A stretch of 64,000 nucleotides of DNA from an uncultured SAR86 cluster bacterium (GCA_902560315.1 CACELG010000003.1:36306-100305); one strand, 5' to 3'; counted from the first letter of the stretch, positions 50,033 through 60,196 are shown. Notes: generated by a model from the letters alone, not told the origin. Numbers and translations: made by a program.

Positions 50033-50848
50033 TTATTTTTCTATAAGTTTTTTATATATTTCTCTCTTATTTTTACCAGTAATGCTTGCAATAAGTTTTG
50101 AAGCATCTGCAGCTGAAAGCTTATTCAAAAATTCTTTCTTTATTTTTGCGTCGATTTGTAAATTAATTTTGTTTTTTATATATCCTTCCACAACAATAAC
50201 AATTTCACCTTTTAAATTTATTTTATTTTTATCGATATTGTCTAATATATCGGACATTTTTCCTCTTATTACTTTTTCATGTATCTTTGTCATTTCCTTG
50301 CATATTGAGATATGTCTATCGGGTTCAATCCATCTAGATAGATTATTTAAAGTATTCTGAATTCGTTTTGAGGATTCAAAGAATATAGAGGTCTTTTCTT
50401 CATTTTTAAGATTTTCAATAAATTTTTCTTGTTCACTCGATTTTCTTGGTATGAAACCGTAAAAACTAAATTTATCTGTCGGCAGACCAGACATAATAAG
50501 TGCACTGATTACAGATGATGCTCCTGGGATAAGAGTGTATTCAATATCAAGATTGCTACATAGTTTTATTAGCCTATATCCTGGATCAGAAATAGCTGGA
50601 GTTCCAGCATCAGATACAATTGAAATAATTTTTTGATTCTTGATGTGTTTAATTATTTCATGAGAAACCCTATCTTCGTTGTGCTCATGAAAGCTTCTAC
50701 ATTTAATACTTATGTTAATAAAATTTAATAATTTCTTTACATTTCTTGTATCTTCAGCATATAAATAATCTGAAGATCTTATAACATCTATTGCCCTAAG
50801 TGATATATCATTTAAGTTACCGATGGGTGTCGAAATAAAATTTAACAT
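50033..50848 (-). CDS. rsmI: 16S rRNA Cm1402 methyltransferase RsmI
   Basis: TPIGNL.DI..RA, AEDTR, SDAGTP.ISDPG, EMTKIHE, KGEIV. Confidence 0.97.
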   Translation of the reverse strand: MLNFISTPIGNLNDISLRAIDVIRSSDYLYAEDTRNVKKLLNFINISIKCRSFHEHNEDRVSHEIIKHIKNQKIISIVSDAGTPAISDPGYRLIKLCSNLDIEYTLIPGASSVISALIMSGLPTDKFSFYGFIPRKSSEQEKFIENLKNEEKTSIFFESSKRIQNTLNNLSRWIEPDRHISICKEMTKIHEKVIRGKMSDILDNIDKNKINLKGEIVIVVEGYIKNKINLQIDAKIKKEFLNKLSAADASKLIASITGKNKREIYKKLIEK

Positions 50849-50865
50849 ATATAGATAATAGGTAT

Positions 50866-51795
50866 ATGAAATTCAGCTTAACATTAATTTTATTTAGTTT
50901 AATTATTTTTTCATCTTGCTCATCAACGCCTGATGAAAATAATTCAAAACTAAAGCTTCAATTAAATGTTCAAACATCTAATAAAAATAAAGAAAAAATT
51001 ATTGAGTCGTTATTAAAGGATGATGTTATATTTTCAGTAAATTTTAATGATGAAAATACATATCTCATGGAAGATGATGTGTTAAATTCAAATCTAAAAT
51101 ATTTTTGTAATAGTTTTATTCAAGATCAAAGAAATATACTTGAAAACAATATATTTAATACGAAAAAAAATGAAAATAAAAAAGTTTTAGTTATTTATTC
51201 AAATAGTTTTGAAAATATTTATTTTGATTTGGCTAAAAAATATCCTCAACATGAATATTTATTTGTAAATAATAGTAATTATGAATTTGAAATCAAGAAA
51301 ATACTTAATGTTGATTCAAGTCTAGATAAATATTTGTATATATCAAGCATGTACCAAGAAAATGAAATATTACATTCACCCAGGATTAGAAATGACATAT
51401 CAAGTATATATTTTCTGACAGATTACGAATTAGGAAAAACTATTGTTCCAATATTTAGGAATTATTCTTTAGATATTAATTTCTATTCTTCCACCGAGAT
51501 TTTCCATGAAGCAAATGATATTAAAAAATTAGTGGATTTTGAGAGTACTTATATTCCAGTTAATGATAAATTAATTAAAAACATTGCTAATAAAAAAACA
51601 CCTCTAATTAAAGATGAAATAGAAAGAATATTGATCAATGACTTTCTTATGATTGAAAAGATTTACCAAAATAATCTTTTTAGAAAAAACATCTTTCCAG
51701 AATCTGGAAACCTAAAAATTCAAAGAAGTGGCTGTATAAATCGAAATCTGTCTTTATGGAAGGTATCTACATCAAATTATATTAATCAGATTTAA
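50866..51795 (+). CDS. Lipoprotein, probable truncated and divergent LpoA (LppC) PBP1a activator
   Basis: Lipobox FSSC; PRIRNDISSIYF and FYSST resemble LpoA C-domain motifs; divergent from rsmI as lpoA normally is. Confidence 0.6.
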   Translation: MKFSLTLILFSLIIFSSCSSTPDENNSKLKLQLNVQTSNKNKEKIIESLLKDDVIFSVNFNDENTYLMEDDVLNSNLKYFCNSFIQDQRNILENNIFNTKKNENKKVLVIYSNSFENIYFDLAKKYPQHEYLFVNNSNYEFEIKKILNVDSSLDKYLYISSMYQENEILHSPRIRNDISSIYFLTDYELGKTIVPIFRNYSLDINFYSSTEIFHEANDIKKLVDFESTYIPVNDKLIKNIANKKTPLIKDEIERILINDFLMIEKIYQNNLFRKNIFPESGNLKIQRSGCINRNLSLWKVSTSNYINQI

Positions 51796-52393
51796 GATCT
51801 CTTTCTATAGATGAAAGGCTATCAAGAAATCCTGGTCTTTCAAAAATAGAATTTTGATAATCAATCAATGGCTTTAAATGTCTATTAATAGGCAAATTGA
51901 TGCCAACTGATTTTAGTCTCCATAAGATTGGCGCGAAGCAACAATCGACTATAGTAAACTCATCACTCATAAAGTACTTAAATTCTTTGAAGGTGGGCGC
52001 TATCGACGAGATCTCATGCAATAATTCTTCTCTAATCTTCATTAATTCTTTTTCTGTCTTTTTACCTTCAATCAATGTGTCAACTAACGGGCACCACTCT
52101 CTGTCAATTCTTAACATTAAGGTTCTACTATTTGCCCGTGCAACTGGATAGACTGGTAAAAGAGGAGGATGAGGAAATCTTTCATCTAAGTATTCCATCA
52201 TTACTGATGGGTCATGAATGGCTAGGTCTCTATCAACAAGTATTGGTAATTTATGGTAAGGACTTATAGAAAGAATTTCATCAGGGGTCTCTTCCGGTTT
52301 AGCTTCATTAATCTCTGCTGATATGTCTTTTTCAGCAAGCACTATTCTTACCCTTTGACTGTAATGATCGTCTCTATCTGAATATAAAATCAT
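51782..52393 (-). CDS. sspA: Stringent starvation protein A
   Basis: SQRVRIVLAEK, YLDERFPHPPLLPVYPVARA, DCC.APILWRL. Confidence 0.96.
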   Translation of the reverse strand: MILYSDRDDHYSQRVRIVLAEKDISAEINEAKPEETPDEILSISPYHKLPILVDRDLAIHDPSVMMEYLDERFPHPPLLPVYPVARANSRTLMLRIDREWCPLVDTLIEGKKTEKELMKIREELLHEISSIAPTFKEFKYFMSDEFTIVDCCFAPILWRLKSVGINLPINRHLKPLIDYQNSIFERPGFLDSLSSIERDLKSD

Positions 52394-52404
52394 TTTCTCC
52401 TCTC

Positions 52405-53232
52405 TTATTTATTATAATCTTTATGATACTCTCTATAGAGTAACGATGATAAGGCTGTGAAAATTAAAAAATAAAACACAACATACCAACCTATTCTCTC
52501 TCTGGTTGCTTTAATAGGTTCCCCCACATAAACTAAGAAATTTGTTAAATCATATATTAAATTGTCAAATTCTTCCTTTGATAATTTACCTGTATCATCT
52601 TCTACTTCTAGAAATCCACATTTTTCTTGATATATCGGGTTCCCAGATTCATCTCTTTTTTCTCCACCATTTCTAGCAATTACTGGAATATCCTTACAAA
52701 TCAATCTTTGATTACCTTGAAGAGATAACAAAACATTAGGCATAGCGGTACCGGGATAAACCAAATTGTTAACACCATATTGTTTTGATGAATCTTCATA
52801 GTAAGCTCGAAGATAAGAATAAATCCAATCATCCCCCTTGTATCTTGATACTAATGTTAAATCTGGAGGAGCTACTCCAAACCAATTAACAGATTCTTCT
52901 GACATAGCTCCAACCATTAAATCTCCAGGCTTTATTGATTTATCAAAAACAAGATTTTCAAAAAAAATATCTTCTGGTATTTGAAGATCTTTAGCAACTC
53001 TATTCCATCTTGAATATTTTAACGAATGACAGCCATAACAATAATTGATATATGTCGAAGCACCTCTCTGAAGAGATTCAATATCATTTAATGAATATTT
53101 AAATTCATCACATTCACCGTAATCCTTGCATGGTCCTCCCTCTGCGGAGTTGATATTATTTACAAAGAAGATTGAAAGAAAGATACAGAAACTAATTACA
53201 AGATATTTTGAATAGTTTAGATTAATTTTCAT
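52405..53232 (-). CDS. petC: Cytochrome c1
   Basis: LQRGA..Y.NYCYGCH (CxxCH), WFG..PPDL, AMP, C-terminal TM helix. Confidence 0.96.
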   Translation of the reverse strand: MKINLNYSKYLVISFCIFLSIFFVNNINSAEGGPCKDYGECDEFKYSLNDIESLQRGASTYINYCYGCHSLKYSRWNRVAKDLQIPEDIFFENLVFDKSIKPGDLMVGAMSEESVNWFGVAPPDLTLVSRYKGDDWIYSYLRAYYEDSSKQYGVNNLVYPGTAMPNVLLSLQGNQRLICKDIPVIARNGGEKRDESGNPIYQEKCGFLEVEDDTGKLSKEEFDNLIYDLTNFLVYVGEPIKATRERIGWYVVFYFLIFTALSSLLYREYHKDYNK

Positions 53233-54446
53233 AATCTTTTCGGCACTTCTTTAGTTATTTCATATTTTGTATAGATAGGCATTAATAAAAAATATGAAAA
53301 GTAAATTACAGTGCATATTACACTCATAGTTTTTCTAATTTCCGTAACTCCTACTGTTCCAAGATATCCTAAAGTAAGAAAGCTTACTCCAAACATAGTT
53401 AAGGCAATTTTACTATATATTCCCTTATATCTAATCGACGCGACTTTACTTCTGTCTAGCCACGGAACAATAAAGAAAATTGCAACTGCAGCAGCCATTA
53501 CTATTAAGCCACCAAGAGGATCAGGAATAGCCCTTAACATTGTATAGAAGGGCGCGTAATACCATACCGGAGCAATATGTTCAGGTGTTACGAGAGGGTT
53601 TGCTTCCTGAAAGTTAGCCATTTCAATAAAGTAACCTCCGCCTTCAGGAAAAAAGAACATAATTATTGAAAAAACTGTCATAAAGACACCTATTGCAACT
53701 AATGCATTTAAAACTTTATATGGAAAAAATGGAACGCTGTCTAAAGGAACTCCGTCGTCATCTAAATATTCTTCAATGTCTACACCTTCTGGGTTTCCGG
53801 CTCCAACTTCATGTAATGCAACTAAATGTAAAAAAACTAAAGCTATTAATACTAAAGGTAAAGCTACAACATGTAATGCAAAAAACCTAGATACTGTAAT
53901 ACCAGATATGTAGTAATCTCCCCTAACCCAAAGCTCCAAAGATTCTCCAATATAGGGAATAGCTCCAAAAAGTGAAATAATTACTTGAGCGCCCCAATAT
54001 GACATTTGACCGTAAGGTAAAACATATCCAAGAAAACCCTCTGCCATCATTGCCAAATATATTGTGCAACCAAAGATCCATACCAGCTCCTTTGGTTTCT
54101 GATATGAACCATACAAAAGTCCTCTAAACATATGAAGGTATACAACTGCAAAAAATAAAGATGCTCCAGTAGTATGGATATACCTAATAACCCAACCATA
54201 ATCGACATCTCTCATTATGTACTCAATCGATGAGAAAGCTTGCTCTTCTGTATTTGAATATGGCATTATCAACCAAATACCAGATACGATTTGAATAATT
54301 AAAGTAACTGCGGCTAATGCTCCAAACAGATACCAAAAGTTAACTTTAGATGGCACAGGATGTTTAGAAAGATGTCTCTCAAAAGTATTTGCAATTGGAA
54401 GTCTGCTATTAACCCATGAAAATAATTTTCCTGCCATTTCGCTCAT
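53229..54446 (-). CDS. petB: Cytochrome b
   Basis: IMRDV..GW.IRY.H..GAS, LPYGQMSYWGA, RFFALH, HIAPVWY. Start moved to ATG 54446 (SD AGGAG). Confidence 0.98.
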   Translation of the reverse strand: MSEMAGKLFSWVNSRLPIANTFERHLSKHPVPSKVNFWYLFGALAAVTLIIQIVSGIWLIMPYSNTEEQAFSSIEYIMRDVDYGWVIRYIHTTGASLFFAVVYLHMFRGLLYGSYQKPKELVWIFGCTIYLAMMAEGFLGYVLPYGQMSYWGAQVIISLFGAIPYIGESLELWVRGDYYISGITVSRFFALHVVALPLVLIALVFLHLVALHEVGAGNPEGVDIEEYLDDDGVPLDSVPFFPYKVLNALVAIGVFMTVFSIIMFFFPEGGGYFIEMANFQEANPLVTPEHIAPVWYYAPFYTMLRAIPDPLGGLIVMAAAVAIFFIVPWLDRSKVASIRYKGIYSKIALTMFGVSFLTLGYLGTVGVTEIRKTMSVICTVIYFSYFLLMPIYTKYEITKEVPKRL

Positions 54447-54447
54447 T

Positions 54448-55029
54448 TTATAACTCCTTATCCTCTCCAATTGTTAGTATTGTTCCTTCAAACATATGAG
54501 GAGGAACCACTAAATTTGAAGGTGCTGGAACACCTTTATAAACTCTCCCAACAATATCAAACATTGATCCATGACAAGGGCAAAAAAACCCCCCTTTCCA
54601 AGATGCATCCCAAGCCTTTGGCTCTACTTCTGGATGATATTTTGGAGAACAACCTAGATGAGTGCAAACGCCAGACATAACTGAATACTCTGGATTTTTT
54701 GATCTCGATGGGTTTAAACCTTTATATGGTTCAATAATTTGATCTGAGTTAGGATCAGCTAATTTATCTAAAGACAAATCTAAACCTGCAAGACTTTCCT
54801 TTGTATGTCTTACAATGAAAACTGGCTGCTTTCTCCAAGCAACTTGAATTTGTTGTCCATATTGCATTTTTGATACATCTATTTTAACTGCGGCACCGGC
54901 TGCTTTAGCCTTAGCGCTTGGGTTCCAAGCTGCTATAAACGGTGTTGCAACGAAAGGTAATCCTGACAAACCAACAGCGCTTGTTAAGCCAATTAAAACC
55001 TTTCTTCTTGTCTTATCTTTTTCTTGCAT
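54448..55029 (-). CDS. petA: Rieske Fe-S subunit of the bc1 complex
   Basis: Tat signal TRRKVL, CTHLGC, CPCHGS. Confidence 0.98.
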   Translation of the reverse strand: MQEKDKTRRKVLIGLTSAVGLSGLPFVATPFIAAWNPSAKAKAAGAAVKIDVSKMQYGQQIQVAWRKQPVFIVRHTKESLAGLDLSLDKLADPNSDQIIEPYKGLNPSRSKNPEYSVMSGVCTHLGCSPKYHPEVEPKAWDASWKGGFFCPCHGSMFDIVGRVYKGVPAPSNLVVPPHMFEGTILTIGEDKEL

Positions 55030-55129
55030 TTAGGCTGTGTGCTACTCAAATAACGGTCGAAATTATAACATAATAATCAAATATAAAATTCAGTTATAAT
55101 TGAAAATAAGCCTGAAAGATATAATGTAA

Positions 55130-55522
55130 TTATCTTTTTGAAAACTGCTTACTTTTTCTTGCTTTTACTAAACCAGGTTTCTTTCTTTCTACTCTTCTAG
55201 GATCTCTAGTAAGAAGCCCAGCCTTTTTGAGTTGAGGTCTTAGCTCCTCATCAAATAAAGTTAGAGCCCTGGATATACCATGCCTAATTGCACCAGCTTG
55301 TCCAAAACTACCACCACCTTTAACTTTAACTTTAATATCAACTTTTTCAGAAAGTTCAACTAACTCCAAAGGTTGCTTCACCAACATTTGAGCAACTTTC
55401 CTACCAAAATATTCATCTAAGTTTGTATCATTAACTGAAATAATACCCTTTCCTTTTTGAAGATAAACTCTTGCTGAAGAAGTTTTTCTTCTTCCAGTTG
55501 CATAATAGATTTCAGCACTCAT
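55130..55522 (-). CDS. rpsI: Ribosomal protein uS9
   Basis: [40 protein letters not shown]. Start at ATG 55522. Confidence 0.98.
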   Translation of the reverse strand: MSAEIYYATGRRKTSSARVYLQKGKGIISVNDTNLDEYFGRKVAQMLVKQPLELVELSEKVDIKVKVKGGGSFGQAGAIRHGISRALTLFDEELRPQLKKAGLLTRDPRRVERKKPGLVKARKSKQFSKR

Positions 55523-55953
55523 CAGCTTGGATTCCACTCAGTAGGTTGTTGTGATTCATGGTCGTGTTGTGATCCTTTAAAAACTTTAAGTTTTTTTATC
55601 ATTGACTTGCCGAGTTTATTTTTTGGAAGCATACCTTTTACTGCCTCCTCGATAATTCTTTCAGGATTTTTCTCATTAAGTTCTTTAAAAGACTGAGACT
55701 TTAAACCACCAGGGTACAGAGAATGACGATAATACTTTTTATCAGTATATTTCGATCCAGTAACTTTAATTTTTTCAGCATTAATAACGACAACATAATC
55801 ACCTCCATCAGTGTGAGGTGTATATGTTGGTTTGTCTTTTCCCCTGATTCTATCTGCAATCTTTGTTGCTATTCTTCCAAGAACTCGATCAGATACATCA
55901 AGAAGAAACCAGCTTCTTTCTACTTCTTCTTTTTTAAGAGAATATGTTTTCAT
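55522..55953 (-). CDS. rplM: Ribosomal protein uL13
   Basis: MKTYS, LGR.AT..A..IRGK.KP.YTPH.D.GD, AVKGMLP. Confidence 0.98.
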   Translation of the reverse strand: MKTYSLKKEEVERSWFLLDVSDRVLGRIATKIADRIRGKDKPTYTPHTDGGDYVVVINAEKIKVTGSKYTDKKYYRHSLYPGGLKSQSFKELNEKNPERIIEEAVKGMLPKNKLGKSMIKKLKVFKGSQHDHESQQPTEWNPS

Positions 55954-55975
55954 AATCATTTAATTTAAGAAGCGA

Positions 55976-56004
55976 ATATTAATGTTTAGAAGAAAATATA
56001 GCAA
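55976..56004 (-). promoter_or_regulatory. Sigma70 promoter of rplM-rpsI
   Basis: TTGCTA, 17 nt, TAATAT, followed by a GC-containing discriminator TCGC. Confidence 0.6.
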
Positions 56005-56023
56005 TATTTATATGCATTTTATT

Positions 56024-57067
56024 TTAATTATTATTTAAATATTCGTAAGTTTGCATCTCAGAAAGTCTGCTAGCACACCTACTCCAGAGCAGATCAATTT
56101 TAGATCCGGTATATAGTTCATTTATATGAAGATCGTTAAAGAAAATTTTAATTTTGGCCTGATTTGCATATGCTATATCAATAAATGAGATAAATCTTCT
56201 AACGATATCAATATTATTATCATCGCTGCTTTGAAGTTTACTAATAAATATCCAATCAAATTTATTGCATATATGTTTATAATCTTTTGCACCAGTGGGC
56301 GCATTAAAGAAACTTGAATATTCTATCCATAAAATATTATTTGAAACTACCTTACATCCAAATTTCCTATGATTTATTTCAACTTTATTTGACTCCAATT
56401 TATCAATGCCAAAATTTTTTTTAATAAGTGTTGATATATCTTCATCAGAATAAATTTTGTCATCATTTTTAGCTAATTTAATGATATTTCTAGTTCTATA
56501 GTCAGTCTCTCCTTTAAGTTCATGAATGGTAATATTCTTCAGAAAAGCATCAATTGATTCTTGAAATTTTTGTCTTTGTAATCCATCTTTATATAAATCA
56601 TTAGGATGAGCATTTGAAGTTAATATTATTTTTGTACCATTTTCTGTTAATCGTAAAAGCAGGTCACCTACTATCATTGCATCAGCAACATCTTCTACCT
56701 GAAATTCATCAATAAAAATCAATCTATTCTTACAAATATTTTTAGAAATTTTCTTTAATGGATTTTTTAAGCCTGAAAAATTATTTAACTGATCATGCAC
56801 AAAATTCATAAAGTCTATGTAATGAAAAGTCTTTACATATTTATCCTTGATATGCTTTAAATATTCATTTGTTATTAGTGTCTTACCTCGGCCTACATCA
56901 CCCCAAATATATAGACCTAGATTTTTTTGTTTAGAAAAAAATTTTAAGTTAAGAAAATTTTTTCTGCTTTGCGTTTCACAAAGTTTTTTTATTAAATCAA
57001 TTTGGGCCAAATCTGGATTTGTACCTTGGTTTTTTAGGGCATCGATGATATTTTGTTCAATTGACAT
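56024..57067 (-). CDS. zapE: AFG1/ZapE-family ATPase
   Basis: GLYIWGDVGRGKT, FIDEFQVEDVADAM, TSN.HP.DLY.DGLQR, RRFI..ID, SRL.EM. Confidence 0.93.
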   Translation of the reverse strand: MSIEQNIIDALKNQGTNPDLAQIDLIKKLCETQSRKNFLNLKFFSKQKNLGLYIWGDVGRGKTLITNEYLKHIKDKYVKTFHYIDFMNFVHDQLNNFSGLKNPLKKISKNICKNRLIFIDEFQVEDVADAMIVGDLLLRLTENGTKIILTSNAHPNDLYKDGLQRQKFQESIDAFLKNITIHELKGETDYRTRNIIKLAKNDDKIYSDEDISTLIKKNFGIDKLESNKVEINHRKFGCKVVSNNILWIEYSSFFNAPTGAKDYKHICNKFDWIFISKLQSSDDNNIDIVRRFISFIDIAYANQAKIKIFFNDLHINELYTGSKIDLLWSRCASRLSEMQTYEYLNNN

Positions 57068-57068
57068 T

Positions 57069-58052
57069 ATGAAATATTTTCAAACAAATTTTTTAAGTTA
57101 TTTTTTAGTAATATTATTAACCTTTGCAGGCACATGGTACTTTATATCTAATGATAAAAACAAATTAGTAACTGCTTCAGAAAAATCAATCCCTTCTGTA
57201 GTCACCATTTCTTCTGAAAATTTATCGTTTTCAAACAATAGAACCGGTATTGGTTCTGGAGTAATTTTTTCAAATGATGGATATATTGTAACCAACCTTC
57301 ATATTCTCTCAGGTCAAAAAATAATTGTAAAAACTAACGATGGTAAAAATTTTCCAGCAAGTATAATTGGTGTTGATAAAAATACAGATATTGCCGTTTT
57401 AAAAATACAATCTGATGAAAAATTAGAGCCTATTAATTTTGCAGATTCAGACAGCCTAAAAATTGGTGATCAAGTTCTTGCTATTGGAAATCCTTATGGA
57501 ATTGGTATATCAGTATCAAATGGAATTATTAGTGCAACGGGACGCGACTATGGAAATCCATATCTTCAATTAATTCAAACTGATGCTGCCATCAATCCAG
57601 GTAATTCTGGTGGAGCGCTTATCAATGAAAATGGCAATTTGATTGGCATTAACTCAAAAATATTTTCTAGGACTGGTGCTTATCAAGGAATTGGGTTCGC
57701 TATACCCTCAAATTTAATAGTCCAAATAGCAACCCAATTAATTAAATTTGGTGAGGTAAGGACTCTTTGGATTGGGAATTTTAGGGTTTTAAGGGTGAGA
57801 ATTAATAATAATAATTCGATAATAAATGGTTTAAGAATAGTTGAAATGCAAAATACAGGTCCACTTTTTGAAAAAGGTATTAAAGTTGATGATATTATCA
57901 TTAGTATTAATGAGGAAAATGCAAATTGGAATAATCTAATAAGTTCTTTAAAATTTGCGACCCTTGGCGAGAATCTTAAACTTGATATAATTTCCAAAAA
58001 TGGTGAATTGATTACAATAAGTTTTGATTATTTGAGTAAGAATTCTAACTAG
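57069..58052 (+). CDS. HtrA-family serine protease with one PDZ-like domain (DegS/AlgW-like)
   Basis: N-terminal TM helix, GSGVI, TNLH, TDIAVL, IQTDAAINPGNSGG. Start moved to ATG 57069. Confidence 0.92.
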   Translation: MKYFQTNFLSYFLVILLTFAGTWYFISNDKNKLVTASEKSIPSVVTISSENLSFSNNRTGIGSGVIFSNDGYIVTNLHILSGQKIIVKTNDGKNFPASIIGVDKNTDIAVLKIQSDEKLEPINFADSDSLKIGDQVLAIGNPYGIGISVSNGIISATGRDYGNPYLQLIQTDAAINPGNSGGALINENGNLIGINSKIFSRTGAYQGIGFAIPSNLIVQIATQLIKFGEVRTLWIGNFRVLRVRINNNNSIINGLRIVEMQNTGPLFEKGIKVDDIIISINEENANWNNLISSLKFATLGENLKLDIISKNGELITISFDYLSKNSN

Positions 58053-59304
58053 GGAGCCTTAATATATTTGCGCCCAAATAATTTAATTTTTCTTCTATTC
58101 GTTCATATCCTCTATCAATATGATAGATACGGTCTACAACAGTTTCACCTTGAGCACATAACCCAGCAAGAATAAGGCTTGCTGAAGCTCTCAAGTCTGT
58201 TGCCATAACTTCAGCGCCATAGATTGATTCTACTCCTCTAATAATTGCATGATTTCCATTAACTTGAATATCACATCCCATTCTATTTAATTCCAATATA
58301 TGCATAAATCTATTCTCAAAAACTGTTTCATAAATATTTGAAGTTCCTTTAGAAATAGCGTTAATTACTGAAAATTGAGCTTGCATATCGGTTGGAAATT
58401 CAGGAAAAGGTGCTGTAGTGATGTCAACTGGCTGTGGATAATCTTGTGTCATGGAAATCGAGATTGAATTATTAGTCAGTTCGATTTCTGCGCCAGTATT
58501 TTTTAGTTTGTCTATTACTTTCATTAGCCTTTCTGGATTTATGCCTTCCACTTTTATACTACCTTTTGTAACAGCTGCAGCAACCAGATATGTGCCTGCT
58601 TCAATCCTGTCTGCAGGAATATCAAAGTTAGTTCCTTTTAAACAATCAACTCCATTTACAGTAATAGTATCTGAACCGGCACCAATAATTTTTGCACCCA
58701 TAGAATTAAGCATATTAGCTAAATCAATTATCTCTGGTTCTCTTGCTGCATTTGAAATAACTGTCTTACCTTTGGCAAGAGTTGCTGCCATCATTATATT
58801 TTCTGTTCCTGTGACAGTTACTCCTTCAAATCTAATATTAGTACCTATTAATTCTTTTGCAGAAGCTTCGATATAACCATTTCTTAATTCTATTTTTGCT
58901 CCCATCTGTTTTAAGGCATCTAAATGATAATTAACAGGCCTTGAGCCAATTGCACACCCACCTGGGAGAGCAATCTTTGCATTACCATATTTTGCAATTA
59001 AAGGACCTAAGACCAATATCGAAGCTCTCATAGTTTTTACTAACTCATATCTGGCTTCGGTATCTTTAAGTGAAAATGATGAGATTGTAAAATTCATATT
59101 CTCATCAAGTAAAATGTCAGCTCCCATCGATCCCAATAGCTCAAACATAGTAGTGATATCTTGAAGGTAAGGTAAATTTTTAAGAATTATTTTTTCATCA
59201 GAAAGAATTGTTGACGCTATCATTGGTAGGGCTGCATTTTTAGCTCCAGAACAAGTTATTGTTCCTGAAAGAGAATTTCCACCTTTAATCAATAATTTTT
59301 CCAT
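58045..59304 (-). CDS. murA: UDP-GlcNAc enolpyruvyl transferase
   Basis: GAKNAALP, MRAS, LPGGCAIGSRP, FPTDMQAQ, TDLRAS, HIDRGYE. Confidence 0.98.
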   Translation of the reverse strand: MEKLLIKGGNSLSGTITCSGAKNAALPMIASTILSDEKIILKNLPYLQDITTMFELLGSMGADILLDENMNFTISSFSLKDTEARYELVKTMRASILVLGPLIAKYGNAKIALPGGCAIGSRPVNYHLDALKQMGAKIELRNGYIEASAKELIGTNIRFEGVTVTGTENIMMAATLAKGKTVISNAAREPEIIDLANMLNSMGAKIIGAGSDTITVNGVDCLKGTNFDIPADRIEAGTYLVAAAVTKGSIKVEGINPERLMKVIDKLKNTGAEIELTNNSISISMTQDYPQPVDITTAPFPEFPTDMQAQFSVINAISKGTSNIYETVFENRFMHILELNRMGCDIQVNGNHAIIRGVESIYGAEVMATDLRASASLILAGLCAQGETVVDRIYHIDRGYERIEEKLNYLGANILRLPS

Positions 59305-59306
59305 TA

Positions 59307-59522
59307 TTAAATTATTTTTGTTTCCAAGCTAAGAGCATGAAGCTCGCCAGACTCAAATTTATCTTCAAGTAATCTCATAACTGTTTTATGTTGTTGTATC
59401 AAAGTCATTTCTGAAAATATTGAAGAAGATACTACTAATCTTAAATTACATTCATCTCCATCAAAATAACACTCAGCATCAGATATATTGTCTATGATTA
59501 TTTCTTCAATAACTTCTCTCAT
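59307..59522 (-). CDS. BolA/IbaG-family protein
   Basis: VSS.F......QQH..V...L......G.LHALSL; upstream of murA; start probably ATG 59522. Confidence 0.85.
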   Translation of the reverse strand: MREVIEEIIIDNISDAECYFDGDECNLRLVVSSSIFSEMTLIQQHKTVMRLLEDKFESGELHALSLETKII

Positions 59523-59523
59523 C

Positions 59524-60150
59524 TTAGGAAATACCTGCATCTCCTGCGTCAGATACCCATTTATTTAAAGTGGATTCAATATCTTCATTATTAGAAATTG
59601 CGAGGGCTTCGAATTGATTCCTGAACGTTAGTCCTAAGTTAACGCCATTTATAATAATATTAACAATCTTCCATCCATCTTGACTTTTTCTTAATTTATA
59701 CGAAATAGGATATTTACTACTTCCAGTATTCAGGGTTTGTTTAACTTCAATATTTTTTATTTGATCGTTTATTTCTACGCTTGAAAAATGTGTAGAAATT
59801 TTTGAATCGCCCCATTGCGCAAGTGTTTCAGCATAGGTATCCAAAAGAGAATCTTTAAAGATTTCTGCAAAATCTTGTCTTTGAGTGCTTGTTGAGAGTA
59901 AATAATATTTCTTTCCCATTACGCTGGCTGCAACTCTCCTGAAATCAATCATTGGTTCAAAAATTTCTTTAATTTTATTTTCATATAACACTCTATCTGA
60001 CGAAAATAAATCAGAATTTTCTTTGAGAATTTTCACCATTTTCTGTGCATTTGAATCAATAAATAAAAAGGGGTTATCCTCTGAATTGATATATGCAGAT
60101 GAAAACAATATTAAAAAAAGAAATAAATAATTTTTATGTGAACATAACAT
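59524..60150 (-). CDS. mlaC: Periplasmic phospholipid shuttle MlaC (Ttg2D)
   Basis: Signal peptide; P.IDF...A..VMG, F...L..TY, WKIVNIIINGVNLG.TFRNQF. Confidence 0.88.
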   Translation of the reverse strand: MLCSHKNYLFLFLILFSSAYINSEDNPFLFIDSNAQKMVKILKENSDLFSSDRVLYENKIKEIFEPMIDFRRVAASVMGKKYYLLSTSTQRQDFAEIFKDSLLDTYAETLAQWGDSKISTHFSSVEINDQIKNIEVKQTLNTGSSKYPISYKLRKSQDGWKIVNIIINGVNLGLTFRNQFEALAISNNEDIESTLNKWVSDAGDAGIS

Positions 60151-60196
60151 TGGTCTATTATAACATTAGGGCAAATAGAAAATTTTTAAATTTAAT

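Noticed and set aside
56847-57068. 74-aa N-terminal extension of the HtrA protease ORF
   Set aside because: It is antisense to zapE; the TM anchor starts right after ATG 57069.
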